In this document: positions 54,388-64,000 of the stretch, piece after piece
How positions within the stretch are numbered: position 1 is the first letter of the stretch
Layout of the letters: each line of letters starts with the position of its first letter
Assembly: GCA_963845755.1 (NCBI GenBank)
Contig: CAWJTV010000026.1
Location: forward strand, 163,846 to 227,845
DNA length: 64,000 nucleotides
Source of the DNA: an uncultured Planctomycetota bacterium
GTDB taxonomy: Bacteria > Planctomycetota > Planctomycetia > Isosphaerales > Isosphaeraceae
Direction of reading: 5' to 3'
Translations under genes and position numbers: made by a program
The notes under the pieces: model-generated
The model's database searches: none
What the model saw: the letters and a program-made list of their open reading frames with translations, nothing else
Told to the model about the DNA's origin: nothing

Positions 54388-55664
54388 GAATGACCTCGCT
54401 TTTCCTCGATGCTGGCGGCCCGGCGAAAGCACCTTGCCTTTTCGCCGATCCCACCTCAAGGTGACTGGGATCTGCTGGATTTCGACCGCCCCTGGGATCT
54501 TCCCGGCTCACAAAGTGCCTACCGGGTCGAGCAGGCTGCGGGCGACGCGTTGAAGTCCTCGGAAGACCGATGAGAATTCACACCTTTTCGAGAGTGTTCG
54601 ACATTCGCCGGAAATCCCCTGTCTCCTCGCGGTGACTCACTCCGGCCTCCGTAATGGTTGTTCCCATCCGCCTTAGATGCACTCACACTTCCTCGATACT
54701 TTCCCGGATCCCGGCTCGCGGATACCGCGCCCCAGACTCCATTTCACGCTCATCCGCTACAAAATTAGATGAATCCGGGAAGTTTAGCGATTTGGATACA
54801 GAGGACAACGATTTTTGAATTTTAACAAAGTGAATCGAAGCGTCAAGTTACAAGTTCACGGGTTGTGACATAATCGGTGGATTTCCCGAATTCCCAAACG
54901 TGAACGACCGCGACTCCAACGTCTGCCGCCGGATGTGTCGAGGCGCCCTGTCCTCTCCTTATCAGCCACGCGATCATCCGCTCTCTCATTCCTAAAAACC
55001 GACTCCGAAAGCCGTTCAAGTCCGCGATTTCCAGGCGCCGGCGCCCCGGGATTCCCGGCCGGCTCATCGATCGGCGTCCATTCGCCTGCGGAATTCTCCC
55101 CTCATCTCCATACAATCGGATTACACAGACATTCCCGTATCTTCGTCGCATTCACTCGTCGAGACCCGATGAAAGCGTTCAAACCGAGATGGATGAATGC
55201 TGAAAAAAACGGACAAATCCGATGATCTCCACGAATCGTCACCTCCCCATCCATCGGGACGAGCGTTCGACTTCGGGACGCTATCTAATACATCGTATTC
55301 TGCCCACTTGCCCGAAAAAGTGGCTGAAGGACGTGTAGAGTTCCGACAGTCGGGGGGTTTTCCCGACACTTGTCAGGAGAATCCTGGTAGTAAAATGTAC
55401 ATCTTGGTTCATCCGACTGTGATTGGATCGATAGCTGCGAACCCGCACGAACCTTGTGGTCCAGTCACTCTCGGATGGTTGCGTTATGTCACAAGGTGTT
55501 TGAAAAAACTCGATACGGATGGCCTGGTGCCCTGGGTCGAAGGATCATGGCCCGCGACAGGCTGGTTCGCTGACGGGATTCTGGAAAAAATCGGGATGGC
55601 GCCGTCGGTTCGCGGTCTTTCATAGACGGCGCGGCGGGCGAGGGTCCTGGTTGGAGGCAAGCCG

Positions 55665-58571
55665 ATGGCAAGCGGACGATCCGGCATCGTATTGCGGCAG
55701 ATTCGTCGTCTGTTCGACGAGGGGACCCTCAGCGGTTTGACGGATGCCCAGCTCCTGGAGCGGTTCGTCGCCGGGCGTGACGAGGGGGCGTTCGCGATCC
55801 TGGTCGAGCGGCACGGTCCGATGGTCCTGGCGGTCTGCCGGGGGGTGCTCAAGGACATCAACGGCGCCGAGGACGCGTTCCAGGCCACATTCCTGGTGTT
55901 GTTCCGCAAGGCGGGCGGGTTGCGAGTAGGCGGATCGTTGGGGAGCTGGCTCTACCGGGTGGCGTACCGGATCGCGATCCGGGCCAATGCCGTGGCCGCC
56001 CGACGCCGCGAACGATCGTGGGAGGAGGGCGCGATGGCCGACAGAGCCGCGCCGCCGGGCACGGCGGAGATCGATCGCGAGCTCCTGCCGATGATCCACC
56101 AGGAAATCGACCGGCTTCCGGACAGGTACCGGGCCCCGATCGCGCTCTGCTGTCTCGAGGGTCTGTCGTACGAAGATGCCGCGCGACAGCTCGGGTGGCC
56201 GCTGGGCACGGTCGGCAGCCGGCTGGCCCGGGCGAAGGACTTGTTGCGTTCGCGATTGGCCCGGCGCGGGATCACGGCGACCTCAGTGGCGCTGGCTGCG
56301 CTCCTGTCGCGGGAAGTGACGGCGGCACCGGCCGGCTGGGTCGAGGCGACGACCCGGACCGCGCTGGGACTGGATGCGGCGGCGAACGGGGCGAAGGCGG
56401 CCGGGGCGGTCTCGGCGGCGGTGGCCCTCAGCAATCAGGTGTTGCGGAGGATGCTCGTGATCAAGCTCATCCAGATGACGGCCCTGCTGACCGCCGTCGC
56501 GACGGCCGGATTCCTGGCCTGGACCGCGGCCGGTCCATCGAAGCGTCCGGGCGCTCTCGCTGTCGTAGCGGCTCAGGCTCGAACCCCGTCTGCGGATGCG
56601 CCGAAGCCGAAAGACGACCAGGACCGGTCCGGCAAGGTCCCGATCCGCGGGCGCGTGATCGCTCCGGACGGCAAGCCCGTTCGCGATGCGTCGATCTATC
56701 TCGGGCTGAGCGGATCCGGCTGGAGGATCATCCCGGTGGCCCATACCGATGCGGAAGGCCGGTTCCGATTCGACCTGGACACGGAGGCCGAGCGGCGCGA
56801 ATACCTATCCCGTAGCGGCTGGAGCTTGAAGAACGCGGCGCTGACGGCCGAGGCTCCCGGTTATGGAGCTGGCTGGGCCCGTGCCTGGAACCCCGTCGCG
56901 GGCGACGTGGAGCTGCGGCTGGTCCCGGACGACGTACCGATCCGCGGCCGAATCCTCGACACGCAGGGCCGGCCCATTCCCGCGGTCAACGTTCACGTGG
57001 GGACGATCGAAGACCCGCCGGCGGGCGACCTCGACGCCCTGCTTCAGAACGGGACGATCCGTCCGGATCAATCTTCCCGGAGGTTCTCCAACGGCGCCTG
57101 GTGGACCAAGGAGGGATCCGAGTGGGTCAAGAGGAGGATCAAGACGGACCCCGACGGCCGGTTCCGGGTCGACGGCGTGGGCCGCGACCGGCTCGTCCTG
57201 CTCGAGCTCGACGGGCCGGGGATCGAGAATGGCCGGGTGTGGACGATGACCCGCGTTGCCCCGCCTTCGGCCAGGCCGCAATCGGTGCCTACGAGGCGTT
57301 CTTACCAGCCGCGGATCTATCCGCTCCATGGTGCGACCTTCGACCATGTCGCCGGCCCGTCCAAGCCGATTGAAGGTGTGGTCCGGGTCAAGGGGACCGG
57401 CCGGCCGGTCGCGGGGGCCTGGGTATCCGGCCACGCCCTGGCAAACAACGCGCATGTCAATGTCGCGACCGATCAGGACGGCCGGTTCCGCATTGATGGC
57501 CTACCCAAGGTGGCGTCGTACCGGATCCAGGTCGATCCCAAGCCGGGGGAACCGTACCTCTCGGTTTCGACGCAGGTCAGCGACACCGATGGCCTGAACC
57601 CGATCTCCGTGACCTTCGACCTGCCGAAGGGGGTCGTCGTCCGGGTCCGTCTCATCGACAAGGCGAACGGTCAGGTCGGGCCCGGGCACACTCTGACTTA
57701 CACCAAGCTCCCGTCCAACACCAACGAAGGCCGGCCCTTCAGCAGGTCCCAACAATACGGCCCGGAGGGGTTCAAATTGACCGTCCCTCCCGGCCCGGCC
57801 ATCTTCTACGCCGTGGCGGAGGGCTATGATCTCCCCTACATCCGCGCCCGCCTCGCCTCCGCCGACCGCGGCAAGGGCGTCGCGGGCGCCGGCGATGACG
57901 ACGGACCGGGCGGCCTGATCATCCTCTCGGACTGCCAGGCCTACCGGATCGTGGATGTGCCCGCCAACGTCGAGACCTTCAACCTGGACCTGGATCTGAC
58001 CCGGGGCGCCAAGCGGAAGGGACGAGTGATCGATCCCGATGGCAAGCCGGTGACCGATGCCGTCGCCTATGGACTTTTCGCCAACTGGCAGATCAAGGCG
58101 CTCGATGACGCCACCTTCGAGGCGATTGGCCTCGAGCCCGGCCGAACGCGGACAGTCACGTTCTTCCACAAGGGCCGGCGACTGGCCGGGGCGGTCCTCA
58201 TCGGGCCGGGCGTGGGCCCGGTCGAGGTCCGGCTCGAGCCTTGCGGCGCGGCTGTCGGGCGGCTGCTCGATGGGTACGGTGAACCCCTCGCCGGTGCTAC
58301 GATCCGGCTCGCGCCGCAGGATCACCGGGGCCAGTCGTTCCCCGGCAACCTCGGCATCTGGCCCGATGGCGAGATCTTCACCGCCGACCAGGATGGCCGG
58401 TTCCGCGTCGAGGGGATCAACCCCGCGCTGGGCGTCCGCGTCGGGGTGCATCCCCGGTCGCGGCCCGACGTCTCCCTGAAGCCGGAGAAGGCCAAGGAGG
58501 CGATCTTGAAGCACCTCACTTCCAGGCCGGGCGAGACGGTCGACCTCGGCGAGATCCATCTCTCCCAATAG
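55665..58571 (+). CDS. ECF57-like sigma factor fused via TM to carboxypeptidase-regulatory-like repeats
   Basis: GLTDAQLLERF...AEDAFQATFLVL...GWPLGTVGSRLARA; GRV.D..GKP / TD.DGRFR repeats. Confidence 0.92.
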   Translation: MASGRSGIVLRQIRRLFDEGTLSGLTDAQLLERFVAGRDEGAFAILVERHGPMVLAVCRGVLKDINGAEDAFQATFLVLFRKAGGLRVGGSLGSWLYRVAYRIAIRANAVAARRRERSWEEGAMADRAAPPGTAEIDRELLPMIHQEIDRLPDRYRAPIALCCLEGLSYEDAARQLGWPLGTVGSRLARAKDLLRSRLARRGITATSVALAALLSREVTAAPAGWVEATTRTALGLDAAANGAKAAGAVSAAVALSNQVLRRMLVIKLIQMTALLTAVATAGFLAWTAAGPSKRPGALAVVAAQARTPSADAPKPKDDQDRSGKVPIRGRVIAPDGKPVRDASIYLGLSGSGWRIIPVAHTDAEGRFRFDLDTEAERREYLSRSGWSLKNAALTAEAPGYGAGWARAWNPVAGDVELRLVPDDVPIRGRILDTQGRPIPAVNVHVGTIEDPPAGDLDALLQNGTIRPDQSSRRFSNGAWWTKEGSEWVKRRIKTDPDGRFRVDGVGRDRLVLLELDGPGIENGRVWTMTRVAPPSARPQSVPTRRSYQPRIYPLHGATFDHVAGPSKPIEGVVRVKGTGRPVAGAWVSGHALANNAHVNVATDQDGRFRIDGLPKVASYRIQVDPKPGEPYLSVSTQVSDTDGLNPISVTFDLPKGVVVRVRLIDKANGQVGPGHTLTYTKLPSNTNEGRPFSRSQQYGPEGFKLTVPPGPAIFYAVAEGYDLPYIRARLASADRGKGVAGAGDDDGPGGLIILSDCQAYRIVDVPANVETFNLDLDLTRGAKRKGRVIDPDGKPVTDAVAYGLFANWQIKALDDATFEAIGLEPGRTRTVTFFHKGRRLAGAVLIGPGVGPVEVRLEPCGAAVGRLLDGYGEPLAGATIRLAPQDHRGQSFPGNLGIWPDGEIFTADQDGRFRVEGINPALGVRVGVHPRSRPDVSLKPEKAKEAILKHLTSRPGETVDLGEIHLSQ

Positions 58572-58713
58572 CCGCGGGAATGGTAGGAAACCGGACGGAA
58601 GTCGTCCGGAAGCGGGACTCGAAGGCACGTGCGCGCTCATCTTGAGCGGATCGGCATTCCGTGCGAAACTCGGACTGGTGGTCATCTGCCGGCCGGTGAG
58701 TTCGGACACAATC

Positions 58714-59388
58714 ATGAGTACCGTTTTCCAAACCGCTCCGCTACAAGCGATCGATTATCCCGACGACGATGGGGAACCCATGTTGGTGAACACCCGGCAA
58801 TTCCAGTGGATCGTGACCGTCAAGGAGGGACTCGAGTCGTTGTACCGCGACCAGGTCAACGTCCTCGTGGCGGGCAATCTCGTCTGGTACGCCGTCGAGG
58901 GGAAGCCCAAGATTCGGAATGCTCCCCACGTCCTCGTCGCCTTCGGCTGCCCGAAGGTCCGGCGCGGTTCCTTCAAGCAATGGGAGGAGGGGGGAATCGC
59001 TCCCCAGGTCGTCTTCGAAATCTTTTCATGGAGCAACGGCTTCGGCAAGATGCTCCGGAAGTTTCGTTTCTACGAGAAGTTCGGAGTAGAGGAATACTAT
59101 ATCTACAACCCGGACGGCGGCGCCTTGGAAGGGTGGCGGCGGGTGGGCGGCGGATTCGAGGAGATCCCTAACATGGCCGGATTCGTCAGTCCCAGGCTGG
59201 GTATTCGTTTCGAGCCGGGTGAAGGCCCCAACAACCTCGTGATCATCAGACCCGACGGCCAGCGGTTCTTGAGTTATCTCGAGCTGATGGATCGACTCGA
59301 AGAGGCCGACCGCCGCGCCGAGGTGCAGGCCCAACTTGCCGCCAGATACGCCGCGCGGCTACGGGAACTGGGCATCGAGCCCGATTGA
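58714..59388 (+). CDS. Uma2 / DUF820 family endonuclease
   Basis: YPDDDGEPM, WEEGGIAPQVVFEI, FYEKFGVEEYYIYNP. Confidence 0.9.
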   Translation: MSTVFQTAPLQAIDYPDDDGEPMLVNTRQFQWIVTVKEGLESLYRDQVNVLVAGNLVWYAVEGKPKIRNAPHVLVAFGCPKVRRGSFKQWEEGGIAPQVVFEIFSWSNGFGKMLRKFRFYEKFGVEEYYIYNPDGGALEGWRRVGGGFEEIPNMAGFVSPRLGIRFEPGEGPNNLVIIRPDGQRFLSYLELMDRLEEADRRAEVQAQLAARYAARLRELGIEPD

Positions 59389-59409
59389 ACCCCACATTCC
59401 GAGGCCCTC

Positions 59410-61664
59410 ATGAGACGCATCCTGCCGCCGATCTTCGCGTCCTGTTGTTTGGCCCTGTCGAACGCCATGCCGCCGCCGGGTGCGATGGCGCAGGAAGGCA
59501 AGCCAGCGTCCGACTCGAAGGGAATCCTCCGCGCCGGCGCCGCTGCGGTCGATATCGCGCCGCGGAAGTTCCCGGTGGTGGTCAACGGCGGCTTCCTGCA
59601 AGCCCAGGCCACGCGGGTGAACGACCCGATCCGGGCCAGATGCCTGGTGCTCGATGATGGAACCAGCCGGCTGGCGATCGTGGTGGTCGATAGCTGCATG
59701 ATGCCGCGCGAGCTGCTCGACAAAGCCAAGGCCATGGCGAAGGAGAAGACCGGAATCCCCACCGATCGGATGTTGATCTCCGCCACGCATACTCATACGG
59801 CACCCTCGGCGATGGGCGCGCTGGGCACCCCGCCCGATGCCGATTACGTGGAGATCCTCCCGGGGCGGATCGCCGAGGCGATCGAGCGTGCCAATCGCAA
59901 TCTCCAGCCGGCCCGAGTCGGTTGGGGTGTTGTCGATGATCCTGAGCATACCCATTGCCGACGATGGATCCGACGCCCGGACAAGATGATCGACGACCCG
60001 TTCGGCCAGAAGACCGTTCGGGCCAACATGCACCCCGGTTACCAGAACCCCGAGGCGATCGCACCGGCCGGCCCGGTCGATCCCGGCCTCACCGTGGTGT
60101 CGGTCCAATCGCGCGCGGGCCGGCCGATCGCCGTCCTGGCCAATTACTCGATGCACTACTACGGCACGGAGCCGGTCTCGGCCGACTATTACGGCCGGTT
60201 CGCTACCGCGCTGGGCCGGCGGATTGGGGCCACGGATAAGCCCAACGAGCCGCCGTTCGTCGCAATCATGTCGCAGGGCACCAGCGGCGACCAGATGTGG
60301 ATGGACTACGGCCAGCCCAAGAATGACCCGGGCCTCGATGCTTATGCCGACGCGGTCGCCGCGTCCGCCGAGCGGGCCTACCGCGGGATCACCCATCGCG
60401 ACCACGTCCCGCTGGCCATGGCCGAGTCAACGCTGGTCCTCGGCCATCGCGTGCCGGACGAGAAACGACTGGCGTGGGCCAGATCCGTCGTCGCGCAGAT
60501 GAAGGACCGAGACCTCCCGCGCACTTTGCCCGAGGTCTACGCCAAGGAGGCGGTCTATCTGCACGACGAGCCCCGTCGCGAACTCAAGCTCCAGGCCATC
60601 CGGATCGGCGAACTGGGGATCACCGCGATCCCCAATGAGGTCTACGCCATCACCGGGCTGAAGCTCAAGGCTCAGAGTCCCTTCGCGACGACGATGAACA
60701 TCGAGCTGGCCAACGGCTCGGAGGGATATATCCCGCCGCCGGAGCAGCACGCGCTCGGCGGTTACACGACCTGGCCGGCGCGCACGGCAGGGCTGGAAGT
60801 CCAGGCCGAGCCGAAGATCGTCGCGGCCGTGCTGGGTTTGCTCGAGCAGGTCGCGGGCAAACCACGCCGCGCCTTGAGCCTGAATCACGGCCCGTACGCC
60901 CAGGCCGTACTGGCGTCGAAGCCGATGGCCTACTGGCGGCTCGATGACATCAAGGGTCCGATCGCGCTCGATTCCTCAGGACACGGCCGCCACGCCCGCT
61001 ATGAGAACGGCGTCGCCTTCTGGCTGCCGGGCCCGGATGCCCCCGGCCTCTCCGCCGGCGCGTCGATCAACCGTGCGGCCCATTTCGCCGGGGGCCGTCT
61101 CGAGGCCAGGCTCGACAGCCTGCCCGAGACCTACACCGTCGAGCTCTGGTTCTGGAAAGGTTTGCCGAACCGTGCCCGCGTGGGCGACAATGCCCGCAGG
61201 AGCGCCGGCGTCCTCGTTTCCCTCGTGCTGGAGAGAGGCCGCGCGGGCTCAACCGGCGACGAGATCGGTGTCGACGGAGTGATGAGCAGACCGGGACTCC
61301 CCTTCCTTATCACCGCCCTGACTGACAAGGTGAACGTGAACAACATCAGTTACTGGGCCGGAGACACCGAGATCGCACCCAAGACCTGGCACCATGTCGC
61401 ACTCGGGCGCAGGCCCGGCCGACGGGTCGCGGTCTACCTCGACGGCAAGCTCGAACCCGAAATCGACGGGATCGACGGGCTCGCCCCGGCCAATGGACCT
61501 CGCGTCGGGCGCGGGCCTCCCGACCCGCGCTGTTCATCGGCGGCCGGGGTGGCGGCGGAGCCGACTCCCGCTTCGAGGGTAAAATCGACGAGGTCGCGCT
61601 CTACGACCGGGCTCTCACCGCCGACGAGATCACCGCGCACTTCCGCGCGGCCGAGGCCCGGTAA
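59410..61664 (+). CDS. Secreted neutral/alkaline ceramidase-like protein with C-terminal LamG domain (frameshift near 61520)
   Basis: SATHTHTAP, NYSMHY, ELANGSEGYIP; AYWRLDD, WHHVAL, VYLDGK, FEGKIDEVALYDRAL. Confidence 0.85.
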
Positions 61665-63204
61665 GCACCGAGGGCGCTCGATTTGTCCTTTCCCTTGGCG
61701 GCGACCGGCTTGGCCTTGGCGTTCCAGATCGCCAGCACGTCGTCGGTGCCGCGGCGTGGGATACCGTTCTGGCTCATCAGCGGCTCGGTCGCATCGAGGA
61801 TCGCCTGGCGGCGGAAGACCAGCGTCTCGGCGCCCTCCTCGGCGAAGCGGAACGTCAGGAACTCGTCCTTGCAGTCGCGCAGGGTCTCGACCAGGTGGCG
61901 CAGGCTCTGGATCCTGTTGCCGTTGACGGTCTCGACGACCTGGCCGAACGGCTCGCCGTAGCCCCGGGTCATCCGGTTGGGAAGCATCGGCGCGGTGACC
62001 ACGACCAGCTCCTCGCCCGGGACTCGGGCCTGATCGCTGTTGCGGGTCATGATCGGGCTGTTGCGGTCGGCGATCGAAGGATTGTAGCGGAAGTAGATGG
62101 AGACGGCATCCGCCATGACGGGGGAGAACACCAGGGGGCCGCAGACGAAATAGGACGGCTGCCGGCCGCCGTAGCCGCGGAGCAAGCGGTCGTCCTCGCG
62201 GTCAACCGGCAGGCGGACCGTCAGGGCCTGGCCGTCGCGGACGATGCGGAGCGGCACCGCGCCGTCGCGCGCCAGCTTGGGCACGAGGTAGGGAAACGAG
62301 AGCCGCAGATTGTCGCGGATCTGGACCATCCCCTGGTTATCGATGGGATTATCGCCGATCGCCGAGATCACGTCGAACTCCTTGAGCGGGTAGGTCAACT
62401 CGCGGCGCCGGGGCTCGCGGACCATGATCCCGCGGACCGTCTTCGCCAGCCCGAGCCTGGCCCGGAGCGCCTCGTTCTCGAGGAACTGGAACTGCTCGAA
62501 GAGTCTCGGCTTACCGTCGTAGCGGCCGTCGGCGACGTCGGCGAGGAAGCCGTCGATCTCCTCGACCGGGATCACATAGCCGATGTTCTCGCCCGGCCCG
62601 ATGCCGTAGACCAGGCCGACCATCTTGCCGTCAACCACAGCCGGGCTGCCGCTGTTCCCCGAACTGATCGCCGCGTCGATCTGGATGCGCAGACCGGCCG
62701 CGCCGGTGGCGTAATAAGCATACTCGATCCGCGAGACGATCCCCTGCGTGGTCGAGAGGGTGACGCCGCCGACCGGGAACCCCTTGACGACCACGCGCGC
62801 CGAGACCTCGGGCAGCCCGGCGGCGCGAGCCAGCGGGGGCCGCTTGGCGAAGAACTCGCCCTCGGCCGGGTCGATGGTCAGCACGGCCAAATCGATCCCC
62901 GGCCCGATGGCGGCGACCTTGGCCTCGACCCGGTCACCCCCTTGACCGGGCTGGACATAGACCTCCTCGGCATAGAGCACCAGGTGGGCATTCGTGAGGA
63001 TCCGCTGACCATCGATGATCACGCCCGTGCCGCCGACCTCCGCCGGGTTCTGCTTGGTCCACGGCCGCACCGGGTTGGGCAGCCGCAACAGGCTCGTGAC
63101 ACGGACGATCGAGTCCTCCGGACCGGCCGCGCCGACGAGGTCGCGGCTCCGGACATGGCCAATACGGCCAAACTCAAACTCAAGCCGATCGTACGCGCGT
63201 TCAT
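61601..63204 (-). CDS. HtrA/Deg-like serine protease with PDZ-like domains (frameshift after signal peptide near 63130)
   Basis: ILTNAHLV, DLAVL, IDAAISSGNSGSP triad; signal peptide MNARTIGLSLSLAVLA in adjacent frame. Confidence 0.88.
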
Positions 63205-63446
63205 GTGGGATACCTTGCCTCTCTGGGGTTGTCACGGGATCGAAGCGTATTCTCGGTTCTCATCAGTGATACGCGGTCCGGCCCGAAACCTTACGCGAGT
63301 GCGGAAGTGGCGGACGATCCGGAAGCCAACCGTGCAGTCGTGGGGGCCTCGGCTTGGTCCAGCCTTGTGCCGTCCGCGCGGAAAGCCGATCGGAGTCGGT
63401 TGCCTCGCACGTCGCGGCGATAGGATCGATCCGGGAGGATCGACCG

Positions 63447-63713
63447 ATGGAAGAGATCCGGTTTCATGCGGTTGTGGACTCGGACGGGATCATCCGTCCC
63501 CCGGTGGGTATCGACCTACCCGTCGGGGAGCTGGAGGTCACTGTACGGCCCAAACGGCAACTCTCCGAGGCCGAAGTGGTATCTGATCCGCTCGCGGCCA
63601 CCCGGTCATGGCTGCTCGGCCTGGCCGCGGACGCCGAGGCCCAGGCCCCACCACTTCCCGACGACCTCGCGGAGCACCACGATCACTATGCCCGCGGGAA
63701 GCCCCGTCCATGA
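63447..63713 (+). CDS. Antitoxin
   Basis: AbrB-like beta N-terminus; C-terminal LPDDLAEHHDHY; overlaps toxin start by 4 bp. Confidence 0.8.
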   Translation: MEEIRFHAVVDSDGIIRPPVGIDLPVGELEVTVRPKRQLSEAEVVSDPLAATRSWLLGLAADAEAQAPPLPDDLAEHHDHYARGKPRP

Positions 63714-64000
63714 CCGAGGTGTTCGCGGATGCATTCTATTTCATCGCGCTTCTGAACCCATCGGACCAGCATCACGCCGAAGCAGTCCGTGTCACTCGGG
63801 GACTGAGCGCCCCTCTGGTCACGACGAGCAGTGTCTTGATCGAGGTGGCCGACGCGCTCGCCGTTCCGGGGATCCGCCCCATCGTTCACCGTTTCCTCGA
63901 ACAATTGCCGGCCGATCCCAACACCAAGATCGTCGAGATTGACGCAGCCTGGCAAATGCGCGGCCTGGCCCTCTTCGGAGCCCGGCCTGACAAGTCATGG
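63710..64000 (+). CDS. PIN-domain (VapC-like) toxin, 3' end outside window
   Basis: MTEVFADAFYFIALLNPSDQHH...VTTSSVLIE...ARPDKSW. Confidence 0.88.
   Translation, partial: MTEVFADAFYFIALLNPSDQHHAEAVRVTRGLSAPLVTTSSVLIEVADALAVPGIRPIVHRFLEQLPADPNTKIVEIDAAWQMRGLALFGARPDKSW

Noticed and set aside
1..64000. Many frameshifts as programmed frameshifting or mass pseudogenisation
   Set aside because: Single-base indels are scattered through otherwise well-conserved genes (sigma factor, BlaI, protease) without shared slippery sites; long-read consensus error is the simpler explanation

Overview
GC-rich bacterial chromosomal window whose gene content points to a planctomycete, probably Isosphaeraceae-like (DUF1559 prepilin protein, LEPR-type extracellular leaders, TIGR03067 domain, ECF sigma/Ser-Thr kinase pairs, ECF sigma fusions). 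About 2-20 kb is a decaying accessory island. It holds two remnants of one tyrosine recombinase, an IS66 with an 8-bp target duplication, three kinds of small non-autonomous elements (IS1380-like ends, Tn3-like 38-bp ends, IS5-like palindromic MITEs), several PIN toxin-antitoxin modules, an HNH pair and lower-GC cargo genes. The remainder is rich in signalling genes: two ECF-kinase modules (one lies inside the island), two ECF fusions, a BlaI/M56 pair with tandem operators and two TIR genes. It also carries a dockerin-tipped giant secreted protein followed by a cohesin-like PEP-CTERM protein, otsA, DinB, Uma2, a ceramidase/LamG protein and a Deg protease. Many long genes are split by single-base indels that look like long-read consensus errors, so frameshift alone was not taken as proof of pseudogenisation. 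No rRNA, tRNA or CRISPR array was recognised. All family assignments come from motif recognition by eye, not from database searches.
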